DNA of 64,000 bases from Eledone cirrhosa (taxonomy: Eukaryota), in assembly GCA_964016885.1 (NCBI GenBank), contig OZ024741.1:10044001-10108000 (forward strand). Direction: 5' to 3'. The notes below the pieces were generated by a model. The model was given only the letters and a program-made list of their open reading frames with translations, was not told the origin of the DNA and did not search any database. Position numbers and translations under genes: made by a program. Positions 15,001 to 27,110 of the stretch are shown here, one piece after another (the stretch's first letter is position 1; each line of letters starts with the position of its first letter).

Positions 15001-15692
15001 AAATGGATGCAACAGTAGTGTCTTTTGTTGTAGTGTTTGGAACACTAAATGTATGCAACAGTAGTGTCTTTTGTTGTAGTGTTTGGAACACTAAATGGAT
15101 GCAACAGTAGTATCTATTCTTGTGTTTGGAACACTAAATGGATGCAACAGTAGTGTCTTTTGTTGTAGTGTTTGGAACACTAAATGGATGCAACAGTAGT
15201 GTCTTTTGTTGTAGTGTTTGGAACACTAAATGTATGCAACAGTAGTGTCTTTTGTTGTAGTGTTTGGAACACTAAATGGATGCAACAGTAGTATCTATTC
15301 TTGTGTTTGGAACACTAAATGGATGCAACAGTAGTGTCTTTTGTTGTAGTGTTTGGAACACTAAATGGATGCAACAGTAGTATCTATTCTTGTGTTTGGA
15401 ACACTAAATGGATGCAACAGCAGTGTCTTTTGTTGTAGTGTTTGGAACACTAAATGGATGCAACAGTAGTATCTATTCTTGTGTTTGGAACACTAAATGG
15501 ATGCAACAGTAGTGTCTTTTGTTGTAGTGTTTGGAACACTAAATGGATGCAACAGTAGTGTCTTTTGTTGTAGTGTTTGGAACACTAAATGGATGCAACA
15601 GTAGTATCTTTCTTCTTGTGTTTGGAACACTAAATGGGTGCAACAGTAGTGTCTTTGTTCTTCTGTTTGGAACACTAAATGGATGCAACAGT
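1..15692. repeat. Tandem satellite, 46-bp monomer (ACAGTAGTGTCTTTTGTTGTAGTGTTTGGAACACTAAATGGATGCA), roughly 340 copies, open at the window start
   Basis: Continuous head-to-tail copies with 43- and 44-bp deletion variants; decays at about 15600-15690. The 60-aa ORFs here are artefacts of the repeat. Confidence 0.98.
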
Positions 15693-16106
15693 CATCTTTC
15701 GCCTTTGTTCTTTTTCATGTTTTAACTTCCATTGTTCTATTTCAACTTTTCCATTTTGCAATTTCTCTCGTTTTCCTTTGTTTCGTTTCCTTTTGTTATT
15801 ATTTTTTGTCGCAATCCATTTTATTTAACTAAGTCAATTTCCGGTAGTCATTGTTAAAATGTCTCCTTCTTACCGGAAGTACAAGTCGTTTTCGCCTCCT
15901 CTGCTTTACTTCACAATATTAATTGCAATCAAAATACTAATAAAGCTTTTTTTCGAGATAAAATGCATTAACTTTCATGTTCAACTGTATATATAGTTAT
16001 GTTTATATATATATATATATATATATATACATGTGTGTGTGTGTGTGTGTGCGTGCGAGCGTGCGTGTATGTGTGTGCGTGTATGTGTGTGTGCGTGTGT
16101 GTATAA

Positions 16107-16149
<43 letters not shown>

Positions 16150-16184
16150 CGTGTGTGTGAGTGTGTGTGTGTGTTTAGGCAAAG

Positions 16185-16365
16185 GAAATAATTGTTTCTA
16201 CTATTGGAACAAGGCCAGCAATTACCCAGTACATTACTGGTACTACTTTATTTTATCGACCCCGTAAGGATGAAAGGCAAAGTTAACCTCGGCGGGATTT
16301 GAACTCAGAATGGCAAGGGCCGTAACTCTATGCGTCAAAGCATGGCGTCCGACCCTCTACCGGCA
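16185..16365 (-). mobile_element. tRNA-derived SINE copy
   Basis: Reverse complement has a B-box-like GAGTTCAAATCCCGCCGAGG followed by TTAACTTTGCCTTTCATCC...GGGGTCGATAAAATAAAGTA; closely matches 54313-54499. Confidence 0.8.
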
Positions 16366-16435
16366 AAGGAAATAATGCAGTACAATCAGTACAATAAAGA
16401 AATATATTAGTTTAACGTTTGATATAGTAGAAAAA

Positions 16436-16476
16436 GTGTCATTACGTTTCGGACACCACACCTTCATCAGAAGATA
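16436..16476 (-). ncRNA. Degenerate minimal type I hammerhead motif
   Basis: Minus strand reads tatctt CTGATGA aggtgtggtgtcc GAAA cg TA atgaca. Core intact, palindromic helix III (ACGT), helices I and II partly mismatched. Confidence 0.45.
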
Positions 16477-16593
16477 GAATGAGAAATAAAAAATAGAAAA
16501 TAAAATAGCAAATAATAGAGAGTGAGATGAGGAAAGAACGGGAAAAAGAAAAGAAAATAATTTGGGAAATGTATATATATATATATATACTGT

Positions 16594-16653
<60 letters not shown>

Positions 16654-16692
16654 ATATTAAATAAATAGAAACTATATTTATAAAACCATATT

Positions 16693-16755
16693 TATTTTAT
16701 TATATATATTTCAAGAGTACCAAGAGACATTGGTACGCTTTCCTCAGATAAAATA
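16693..16755 (-). ncRNA. Type I hammerhead ribozyme (mirror copy)
   Basis: Reverse complement: tattttat CTGAGGA aag-c-gtaccaa..ttggtac-t-ctt GAAA tatata TA ataaaata. Confidence 0.8.
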
Positions 16756-16871
16756 CAAAGTTTGTTTTATAAATAGAGACATACCCATGAAAATCATACC
16801 TTATCGGTTGGATATTCTCTGGATAAGGTATGATTTTCATGCTTACGTCTCTATTTATAAAACAAACTTTG

Positions 16872-16934
16872 TATTTTATCTGAGGAAAGCTTACCAATGT
16901 GTCTTGGTACCCTTGAAATATATATAATAAAATA
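16872..16934 (+). ncRNA. Type I hammerhead ribozyme
   Basis: Helix I tattttat/ataaaata; CTGAGGA 16880-16886; helix II aag..ctt with taccaa/ttggta; GAAA 16915-16918; palindromic helix III ATATATAT; predicted cut after 16926 (AUA). Confidence 0.8.
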
Positions 16935-17067
16935 AATATGGTTTTATAAATATAGTTGCCATTTATTTAATATCATTGAATATTTACTCCACTAATTTGT
17001 TGAGTGCTCTAAATCAGTTTAAACATTTCTATTTGTCTGACTTCCAACAAATTATACACCCCTTCTA

Positions 17068-17107
<40 letters not shown>

Positions 17108-17110
17108 TAT

Positions 17111-20100
17111 ATAAGAGAGTATTGAAGTTTGCTTGAAGCATTGTGGAATAATAGGTAAATATCTTTAAGTCGTTTGGAAGCCTCGACAATGCAAATGGGT
17201 AAATCTCCGGGTAACAAGATCCGGTGGTGGAGAGAGAGATGTAAGTGGGTGTACGTTGAGATGCGTGGTGTGTATAAGACGTGTAGAAGAATGAAGGAAA
17301 GAGTATAAAGGATAAAATAAAAATAACAACACGAGAGAGAGTTACCTTGGGAGAGATTTAATTGTCCCTATATATTTCGGATTCACATCCATCAACTGGG
17401 GGTTTTTTCCGGGGTAGGGGAAAGGTTCTCTGTCGGAAAGGTGCGAAACGCGTCCTCCGCTGTTTGTTGTTTTGAATATCTGAGGTATTCAGCAGAGCGC
17501 GCGTGCGCGTGAAATGGGGTCGGTCGGGCAGAGGTCAGCGGCCGAATGTGGGAGTGGGGTGGCGCTAGCTGTCAGTCCATTCTCTGCCTGTTTGTTAAAT
17601 GTTACTGTGTGTGTGTGTGTGCGTGTGTTGTTGTCTCGCTTGAGTGTGTGTGCGTGTGTTGTTGTCTCGCTTGAGTGTGTGTGCGTGTGCGTGTGTTGTT
17701 GCCTTGTTCCTCTGTATTGGCAGTGTAGTATGTTCGTATGGTGGAATGCTACTGTGTGTGTGCGTGTGCGTGTGTAGTTGTCTTGTTACCCGGAGATTTA
17801 CCCATTTGCATTGTCGAGGCTTCCAAACGACTTAAAGATATTTACTTATTATTCCACAATGCTTCAAGCAAACTTCAATACTCTCTTATCCTTACACTGA
17901 GCCAGGAATTGTTTGCATCCGTAAGGGAACTGTTTAGACTGTCGGAGAAATGGGCCAATGCTGGCTGTGAAATTATTTTCCTGAAACGCTGCCTAAAAAA
18001 CGATGTCATCCCCAACACCATCAGGAACATCCGCTTACAAGTAAGCCTACGTACACCAGCTTTCCAAAACACCACTAACCGCATACATCGCACGTGTATT
18101 AAACAGATCCTGAGACATCTCAACCGCCAATTACACGTCCATAAGCGGACACTCTCAGAGCGGACACTTCGACTGCCAATAGCACCCGGAGACTTGCTCC
18201 TGAAAATCACTAAAGCAATCGACCAGTGCTACCACTCCAGAGTCCAATACGAGAAAAAACGGCTCAAGCGAAAATATGAGTGGATCTTGTCGAAACGCCA
18301 GAACGAGAACATCGACACTAACGAACAGACGGACCAGAACCACGTGGAAAACAACTTAACAACCGCTACCGCCGCATCCACCAACACCGAGCCACACCTC
18401 AACGATGCGACGCACCTAGTCACCGACCTAACCGGCACTCTCACGAGCGACGAGCTGAAACTCCTACACTTCGGACCCAAGTTCATCATCTCACAACGTC
18501 TCGACGACAGACTCAAACTCAACATCGAGGCCAACTTTTGTCGAGCCGCTTACCAACTTAAATGGGTGACCGCCATCAACAGCGCCACAGAAAATAACAG
18601 CGCCCACGCAACCCACACCAAGTTCCCCACTTACCACCCCGACAACCCACTCCACCCCCCACCCACCAACCACGAACTCGACACTAAACTCATCAGGCTA
18701 AAACACTCCATCTCGGATATACTTCACAAACACACACACACACGCACAACACATAACCTCACCAAATCTCAACTCACCACTCTCTCCAACCTAAAATCGA
18801 AGAACCTCATCTATTTCCCCTCAGACAAAGGAAAAAATTCTGCGTCATCAGCAGAGAGGCCTACAACACCCTGGCCCTCCAACACCTTGACGATGACAAC
18901 ATCTTCTCCAAGGTCACAGGAATCACTCCCGCGCAGATAGAAGAGCACATCAACGCCGCCTGGACCAACATCTGCGACCGGCGGAAGCTCCCAAAGAAGC
19001 TGAGATACAACCTCCTCACGAGGAACAGCATACTACCCGCCTTCTACCACGTCGTGAAAACACACAAACAGGGACCCGAACTGAAGATCAGGCCCATTGT
19101 ATCGGGCGTGGAGGGACCACTCTACAACATGTCATGGCTCCTAGCCAGAATACTCAAACCCATCTTAGACACCTTGCCGGGACACGTTAACAGCTCCGAT
19201 GAGGTGTTGAAGCGCCTGCATCAAATGGATCCCGACACCAGAAGGAATAACAGATATGCCTTCAGCCTTGATGTAGTCACTCTCTACACCTCGGTCCCGG
19301 CACTCCCGGCCGTCAATATACTGATGGAACGCATCCAATCCACCGACCTTCACTGCTTCGGGCTCACCACCACTGACATCCACCAACTCCTATCCACCGT
19401 CGTCGACAACACCTACTTCGGATTATTGACCAACCATACCAACAAACCTCGGGATTGCCCATGGGATCAAGCCTGTCGGGTGTGCTAGCGATCTCTTACA
19501 TGGACAACCTCGAGCGCAAGGCGCTCAATGCCTGCCACCCCAACGCCGTCGCCTTTTTCTCAGGTACGTGGACGATATCCTCATCCTCACATCTTCCCAA
19601 GACACCGCGAACAGAATTTATGAGACGTTCAACAACACGGACGAGAACATTGACTTCAGTGTTGAACACCCCAACGAAGACGGGTCACTTGCCCTCCTCG
19701 ACTTCCGAATCAACATCACGGAACAGGGAAAGATCCACTGCAACTTCTACCAAAAGGCAGCCTGCAGGGACCTGTTCGTCCACTACAAGTCCGCCCTCCC
19801 GAACAGTGCCAAAAGAGGATACATCACGAACGAGATCGCGCGAATCAAAAACAGATGCAGCGATCCCGCGAGTGGTGTCACTCATACCAAGCGATTCCTC
19901 GAGGTGCTGGAGACGAACGGATACCCTACCTCGCTCACAGACAGAGTAGGAGACACCAGACACAAAAGACAGAGAGGCACCCAAGGCAAGTGCTTCCTTA
20001 AAATGCCACACCTGGGCGAGAATACCACCAACGCTATCCGCAAGGCTATACGGAGGGAGGGCCCCGACATCCACCTGGCCCACTCGGGCCCCTCCCTGCG

Positions 20101-21101
20101 AAGATGCCTCTCCAGGAAACTCGGGAAATCAACTGACGCGTGCTCCCTCAGAGACTGCCCGATACGCCGTGCGAACTGTTGCCTACGGACATACGTCGTG
20201 TATAAGATAGAATGTGACAGGTGCAACCAATACTATATAGGTAGCACAATCTGACCTTTGCACATCCGGATCAAGGAACACACTAAAACCAGGGCCTCGT
20301 CTTTCCGGAAACAAAGACAGAAGGCCCATTGTCACAATTCTAGCGACTGAAAGAAACGTCGGCACGTTACGTATCAAAGAAGCGCTTTTTATCAAACGCC
20401 TGACACCGCAAATAAACAATCGATCCGAGAGAAGCGAAATGAGGTGGCTGGTTTAAGTTAACAAACGATGCAGCAACACACGCACACACACACACACAAA
20501 CGAGACAACTACACACGCACACGCACACACACACACAGTAGCATTCCACCATACGAACATACTACACTGCCAATACAGAGGAACAAGGCAACAACACACG
20601 CACACACACACACACACACACTCAAGCGAGACAACAACGAACGCACACACACACACACAGAAACATTTAACAAACAGGCAGAGAATGGACTGACAGCTAG
20701 CGCCACCCCACTCCACATTCGGCCGCTGACCTCTGCCCGACCGAGCCCATTTCACGCGCACTCTGCTGAATACCTCAGATATTCAAAACAACAAACAGCG
20801 GAGGACGCGTTTCGCACCTTTCCGACAGACAACATTTCCCCCACCCCGGAAAAAACTCCCAGTTGATGGATGTGAATCAGAAATATATAGGGACAATTAA
20901 ATCTCTCCCAAGGTAACTCTCTTTCGTGTTCTTATTTTTATTTTATCCTTTATACTCTTTCCTACATTCTTCTACACGTCTTATACACACCACGCATCTC
21001 AACGTACACCCACTTACATCTCTCTCCACCACCGGATATTGTTACCCGGAGATTTACCCATTTGCATTGTCGAGGCTTCCAAACGACTTAAAGATATTTA
21101 C

Positions 21102-21102
<1 letters not shown>
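17111..21102 (+). mobile_element. Penelope-like retroelement 1, near full length, 5' inverted pseudo-LTR, frameshifted ORF
   Basis: 17111-17219 is the reverse complement of 17781-17889; about 17160-17785 is the reverse complement of about 20495-21100; (TA)n flanks; RT and GIY-YIG coding remnants inside. Confidence 0.92.
17859..20460 (+). pseudogene. PLE reverse transcriptase plus GIY-YIG endonuclease, broken by several frameshifts and stops (possibly Nematis/Neptune-like)
   Basis: Motifs across frames: PSDKG, KTHK..IRPIVSG, FSLDVVTLYTSVP, PMGSSLSGVLA, (RYV)DDI, LALLD, Cys linker then VVYKIECDRCNQYYIGST. Confidence 0.9.
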
Positions 21103-21163
<61 letters not shown>

Positions 21164-21210
21164 TATTCAAAATATTAATATAGGAGACATTCACGTATTC
21201 AAAATATATG

Positions 21211-21272
21211 TTTTATTATATATATTTCGGAGGTACTGTGCTTTTTTTTCAGTACGTCCTCGTCAGATAAAA
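21211..21272 (-). ncRNA. Type I hammerhead ribozyme (mirror copy)
   Basis: Reverse complement: ttttat CTGACGA gga-c-gtactg..cagtac-c-tcc GAAA tatata TA ataaaa. Confidence 0.85.
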
Positions 21273-22607
21273 TACATAAATTGATGTATTACATACCTCA
21301 ACTGTGCTGATGGTTCAATTCCAGTCTTGGCAGTGATTTATTACAACAAAACTCAATATTTATATACCACAAGTAATAGTGTGACAAACTAAATATGATG
21401 GAGAGGGATAAGTAGGGAGAAATATAAGTATTAGGAGTTGGTGAGTAGGAGAATGTATAGAATAAATAAATAAATAAAGACATAAGTATATAAATGTTAA
21501 ATATTTAAATATGTAAATATGTAAATATCCGTGTTAGAGAAAAAGACAAAAGAGAGAGAGAGAGAGTGCTAAATAGAAGAGAAAAGGGAAAAAGATAAAA
21601 AGATGAAGATAAAAAGAAGGGAGAGGGAGATAGAGATGATAAAATATATAACTGCATAAGGAAAAGAGATAAAAAAGAAGAAAGAAGAAATGGACATGAT
21701 GCGTGACCGTTTTTTTTTTCCAATATTAAGTCAGGTAGAATTAAATACCATGAAATTTTTAATCTATTGTATTTGGTTATATTTGAGCAAATTATGCTAT
21801 TATATTATATCAAAATTAAACAATATAAAATAGAAATAGGATTTCGCTTCAAGCATAGCTTTATACAATTTATTATACAAATGCATAGAGGTTGTCCCCC
21901 TTGCTTCTGCTGGACATCACCAGAGGGCGTTAGCCCCCCGGTGTTTGCATAGCTACGGCTTCCTAAAACCGTATTTCTTTGGAGATACGAAATATTTATA
22001 CAAATTGTATAAAGCTATGCTTGAAGCGAAATCCTATTTCTATTTTATAGTGTTTAATTTTGATATAATATAATAGTATAATTTGCTCAAATATAACCAA
22101 ATACAATAGATTAAAACTTCACGGTATTTAATTGATCGCTTCTACCTGACTTAATATTGGAGAAAAAAAACGGTCACGCATCATGTCCCTCTCTTCTTTC
22201 TTCTTTTTTATCTCTTTTCCGTATGCAGTTATATATTTTATCATCTCTATCTCCCTCTCCCTTCTTTTTATCTTCATCTTTTTATCTTTTTCCCTTTTCT
22301 CTTCTATTTAGCACTCTCTCTCTCTCTCTTTTGTCTTTTTCTCTAACACGGATATTTACATATTTACATATTTAAATATTTAACATTTATATACTTATGT
22401 CTTTATTTATTTATTTATTCTATACTTTCTCCTACTCACCAACTCCTAATACTTATATTTCTCCCTACTTATCCCTCTCCATCATATTTAGTTTGTCACA
22501 CTATTACTTGTGGTATATAAATATTGAGTTTTGTTGTAATAAATCACTGCCAAGACTGGAATTGAACCATCAGCACAGTTGAGGTATGTAATACATCAAT
22601 TTATGTA

Positions 22608-22669
22608 TTTTATCTGATGAGGACGTACTGAAAAAACAGCACAGTACCTCCGAAATATATATAATAAAA
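22608..22669 (+). ncRNA. Type I hammerhead ribozyme
   Basis: ttttat, CTGATGA (22614-22620), gga-c-gtactg/cagtac-c-tcc, GAAA (22652-22655), tatata TA, ataaaa. Fully canonical core. Confidence 0.88.
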
Positions 22670-22810
22670 CATATTTTGATTACGTGAATGTCTCCATTTA
22701 TTAATATTTTGAATAATATTAATAACTCCAGAAAACTACACTGTTGAGTGCCTTTAATCTATTGTAAAACTATATTCATTGAATAATCAATGAACCTTAT
22801 TAACATTTGG

Positions 22811-22849
<39 letters not shown>

Positions 22850-22916
22850 AAATTGTAAGAAAATCAAGGATAAATAGTTTATTCACACATCTCTAAGAAC
22901 GTTTCAATACGGGCTA

Positions 22917-22949
<33 letters not shown>

Positions 22950-23548
22950 TATATATATATTAATAATAATAAATTTGAAGACTAAAATCCAAAGAGGGCT
23001 CGATAAGGATAAATATATATCAAATATATAAGAACCGTAGAGCAAATATTTATTAAAATAACAGATTAAAGTTTAAGCAAAGAATCGCTGCTTTCACCCT
23101 TAACGGGATCTTCTGAAACTAACAAACTCAATCTGTAAACGCAGAACTGGATATTTCAAAAAACATTGCAACCGGAGGAAGACAGGAAGACGATACTTTG
23201 GTTCGTGGAAACGTTCGCTGGCAAAGAACGGGAAAAAACGAATATACGTCATTAATAGGAGCGATCCACATATGACGTATTATCTTCGTTTTTCTCATTC
23301 ATTGCCACAGAATGTCTCTATGCACCACCTAAGAGAGCATTAGTCTACGACCTCTTTTATACCATAAACGTGGTTCTGTCTTTGCGCGTAATTGTTTTTC
23401 ACCGCTCCTATTAATGACGTATTATATTCGTTTTTTCCCCTTCTTTGCCAGCGAACGTTTCCACGAACCAAAATATCGTCTTCCTGTCTTCCTCCGGTTG
23501 CAACGTTTTTTTAAATATCCAGTTCTGCGTTTACAGATTGACTTTGTT

Positions 23549-23599
23549 AGTTTCAGAAGATCCCGTTAAGGGTGAAAGCAGCGATTCTTTGCTTAAACT
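23549..23599 (+). ncRNA. Hammerhead-fold motif with CAGAAGA core (copies at 23070-23120(-) and 26813-26863(+))
   Basis: agttt CAGAAGA t-ccc gttaa ggg-t GAAA gca..tgc TT aaact. All three helices form and the variant is the same in three copies. Confidence 0.6.
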
Positions 23600-23753
23600 T
23601 TAATCTGTTATTTTAATAAATATTTGCTCTACGGTTCTTATATATTTGATATATATTTATCCTTATCGAGCCCTCTTTGGATTTTAGTCTTCAAATTTAT
23701 TATTATTACTATTTGGCTCCCTCGTTTGAGCACTCTACTGACTTATATTCATC

Positions 23754-25878
23754 ATGCAGAAACAACATCTGAATATTTCTACAAAGAACATACCCGTACC
23801 AAGCAGGAAAACATATCTAAAACTCCTGATACAGAAAACAGACGCGTTCATTAAAAGGTTGCGTTGGCGTGCCTTTTATTTCGATAATCCGCGAAAAGAA
23901 GACAACAAACAGGATAAATTTGGATTTAAAACCTATAATAAGCCCCCGTGTAACCCAGCATTGCTACCCTTCGAAAATGATGTCTTGGAACTCATTCGGA
24001 GTATCAAATTTCGGAATAGGAGCAATTCCTTCCAGCAAGACCTGAAGAATAGAATTCGTTCTATTAAGGATTCTAATGCCGTGCACGTCCATTCCGACAA
24101 AACTGGCAACCTATATCAGGTGGAGCGCAGTACTTACCTTCAACTACTACATAATGCTGTAACTAAGGATTACCATAAAACTAATCGGTGCGTCATCAAT
24201 GAAATCAACGATGCTGGGTTTAAAATCACATCTGAACTCAATATCCTGGACCGGACCGAACCTCTGGACACTATTTCTCCCCACTTTACCCTGAAGGATC
24301 ACAAATCCAATTTTCCGAACAACCCCTCTATCCGGCTTATTAACCCTACAAAGTCCGATTTAGGTAGACTTAGTAAAACGATTCTTGATAGAATTATACC
24401 TGTAATTAGAAGTTTGGCCCCTCTTGCACTGTGGAACAATTCTTTCGCGGTGATTGATTGGTTCAACGGCATATGTAACAAGGAACACTGCCGTTTTATC
24501 CAATTCGACATCAACAATTACTACTCCTCCATCACTTTACCACTTCTCCTTAGAGCTATCAATTTCGCTAAAACACTCACAGTGGTTAAGGATTTCGAAG
24601 TTGATGTCATCCTCAATGCCCGAAAGTCGGTGATTAATTCCGACGACTCTATTTGGATTAAAAAATCCAACAGTACCCCATTCGACGTGAGTATGGGCGC
24701 CAGTGACTCTGCGGAGGTTACTGATCTTATCGGCCTTTTCCTTCTTTTCTCTATCAAGGACGAATTCCCTAACGCGGGCGGTGGTTTGTACCGTGACGAT
24801 GGTCTTTTGACCATGACTAAGTGCGGACCTCGTGCTTGCGACAGGTTCAGAAAAGAACTCACAGCCTTCTTTAAAGGCTTCAACCTCTCTATACAGGTTG
24901 AGGCCAATCTCTCGGTCGTTAATTACCTCGACGTTACCCTCAATTTATTGAATGGGTTGTATTACCCGTATAGAAAGCCGAATGATACGCTTAATTACAT
25001 AAGTAAGCATTCCAACCATCCTGCCAGCATAACCAAGAACCTGGTAAGAAACGTTTCGTTGAGGCTTTCCCGTCTTTCCACCAACGAGCGTATTTTCAAC
25101 GACCATTCCACTTATTACAATGAAGCTCTTGCTCGAAGTGGATTTGTCGATAAGGTAGCATATACAGAGTACGAAAATAGACCTAGAAGAAATAGATCCC
25201 GTCGCATTTGTTGGTATAACCCACCTTATAATATGGAGGTGGCCACACCATTAGCTAAGATCTTTCTTTCCCTTATTACGAAGCATTTTCCCCCTACACA
25301 TAAATATAGTAAAATTTTTAATAGAAATACTATTCAAATTTCTTACTCTACGACTCCTAACCTTGCACATAACATCACAGCTTCAAATTTAGCTAAACTA
25401 CCTAGCCGTAGGAACACGTGCAACCCTGTAGTTATTACTAACTGTAATTGTAGGAATCGGGTTTATTGCACCCTATCCGGGAAATACCTCTCTAGTAACA
25501 TTGTCTACAAATGTAAGGTTGTAACACCCACGTCCCGTAGGGCCTACATAGGGTTAACCGCCAATAGATTCAAGCAGCGTCTTTACATGCATACCCATTC
25601 GTTACCCTCTAAGAAGGAATATGACGTCACTTTCAGCTTATATCTGGAGTCTAAAAGACAACCACACCCATTATAAGTTACACTGGGAGATCATAGCTAG
25701 GGCTAGATCGTATAACAGAAATAAAAGACCATGTGACCTCTGCGCCGCTGAGGCCCTGGAAATACTCTACGCCACAGACCACATCTTAAACAAAAAATCT
25801 GAGGCAATTTCGGCTTGTAAACATAAATTGCACAAAACTTTCCTGTATTACAGCCCCACGTTATACCCTAACGGATAG
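23754..25878 (+). pseudogene. PLE RT plus GIY-YIG ORF, nearly intact (one frameshift near 25600-25620)
   Basis: 640-aa ORF with SDKTGN, LKDHK..IRLINP, QFDINNYYSSI, VSMGASDS, LYRDDG, NYLDV, CNCx5C linker, IVYKCKV..AYIGLT; continues in the 25621-25878 frame (CDLCAAEA..ILNKKSE). Confidence 0.92.
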
Positions 25879-26881
25879 TACGATCTATACGTGGATATTT
25901 TACGTCTTGATGTGGGAGCTAAGTATATGTTTTGTTTATACCTTTACTTATTTGCATAGGTAAGTATATATTACCCGTATGTTTTGTGAAGGTACGTATA
26001 CTTTCTTGTACGTATATTTGATTGTTATGGCGTATAATTTTATATATTCTGGTACATATGGTTTGGCTATGTGTATACGGGAGTTTTGCGTCTGTGTGAG
26101 TATACAGGTTCGTACGTATGTAGGGTGTGTGTATATGTGTACTTCATGTTTTGGTTGACCTACGTCTCCGAACATTCGTGTATTTACATGTAGGTATGTG
26201 TGTGCGCTTGTTATATACGTATTCATTTATTTATATACATTTATATACGTTTATATAATTATTTATTTATTTGTATACACGCATACACACACACACATAT
26301 TTATATGTGCGTGGTTTTGTATACTATGGTAAGTGTTTGCGTATGCTTGTGTATGTACGTATTTGTTAGCGTGTATGTATTTATTTATTTCTATTACTTC
26401 TGTATTGTATTTATTTTGTTCTTAACTCTGTAGCGGAGATTCATTCGGTCTCCTTGTTAGAATTTTAGTCTACGACTTCTGCTATACCATTTATGTGGTT
26501 TTGTCTTTGCGTGCTATTGTTCTCCACGATCCATATATGACGTATTATCTTCGTTTTTCTCGTTCATTGCCAGAGAACGTCTCTATGCACCACCTAAGAG
26601 AACATTAGTCTACGACCTCTTTTATACCATAAACGTGGTTCTGTCTTTGCGTGTAATTGTTTTCACCGCTCCTATTAATGACGTATTTTCTTCGTTTTTC
26701 CCCGTTCTTTGCCAGCGAACGTTTCCACGAACCAAAGTATCGTCTTCCTGTCTTCCTCCGGTTGCAACGTTTTCTGAAATATCCAGTTCTGCGTTTACAG
26801 ATTGACTTTGTTAGTTTCAGAAGATCCCGTTAAGGGTGAAAGCAGCGATTCTTTGCTTAAACTTTAATATATATATATATA

Positions 26882-27110
26882 TAATTAGAAAATGAACAAC
26901 ACAAAATACAACTACTCCATTACAGAGATGTTATAACATCTCTGTCTGACGAACGATCCAGAATGTATATTATTATCGTCTGTGATCCAGAAACCTTTGG
27001 TAATGGAGTAGTTATATTTTGTGTTGTTCACTTTCTAATTAAATATCTCTGTTCTATACATAGAGCACTCTTTTTTTCTTTGCCTTTCCTTTTGAATTAC
27101 CTTACAGACC
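26882..27110 (+). mobile_element. Short fold-back element (arms 26882-26923 and 27000-27041) with a degenerate hammerhead at 26940-27008
   Basis: ctctgt CTGACGA..GAAA cc ttt gg TA atggag; helix II imperfect; perfect 24-bp palindrome 26922-26945; AGAGCACTCT at 27062. Confidence 0.6.

Larger units (their letters stand above)
16649..17070. mobile_element. Non-coding fold-back element (arms 16649-16805 and 16822-16978, plus tail) with two opposed hammerheads, inserted in (TA)n
   Basis: Near-perfect 157-bp inverted arms with a 16-nt spacer; mirror-image ORFs 16700-16897(-) and 16730-16927(+); (TA)n on both sides. Confidence 0.88.
21162..22811. mobile_element. Large non-coding fold-back element (arms 21162-21871 and 22002-22717, 130-nt spacer, plus tail) with two opposed hammerheads
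   Basis: About 710-bp inverted arms (identical mirror ORFs 21298-21483(-) and 22397-22582(+)); (TA)n flanks. Confidence 0.9.
22964..26867 (+). mobile_element. Penelope-like retroelement 2 (probably Hydra clade), inverted 5' pseudo-LTR and direct 3' pseudo-LTR
   Basis: About 22964-23270 is inverted to about 23400-23706; about 26530-26867 directly repeats about 23270-23603; (TA)n flanks. Confidence 0.92.

Noticed and set aside
1-15692. CRISPR-like array (palindromic repeat unit)
   Set aside because: No unique spacers, no cas genes, eukaryotic context; it is a plain satellite.
17875-24907. Antisense ORFs over the PLE coding regions
   Set aside because: Shadow ORFs of the RT reading frames, with no recognisable motifs.
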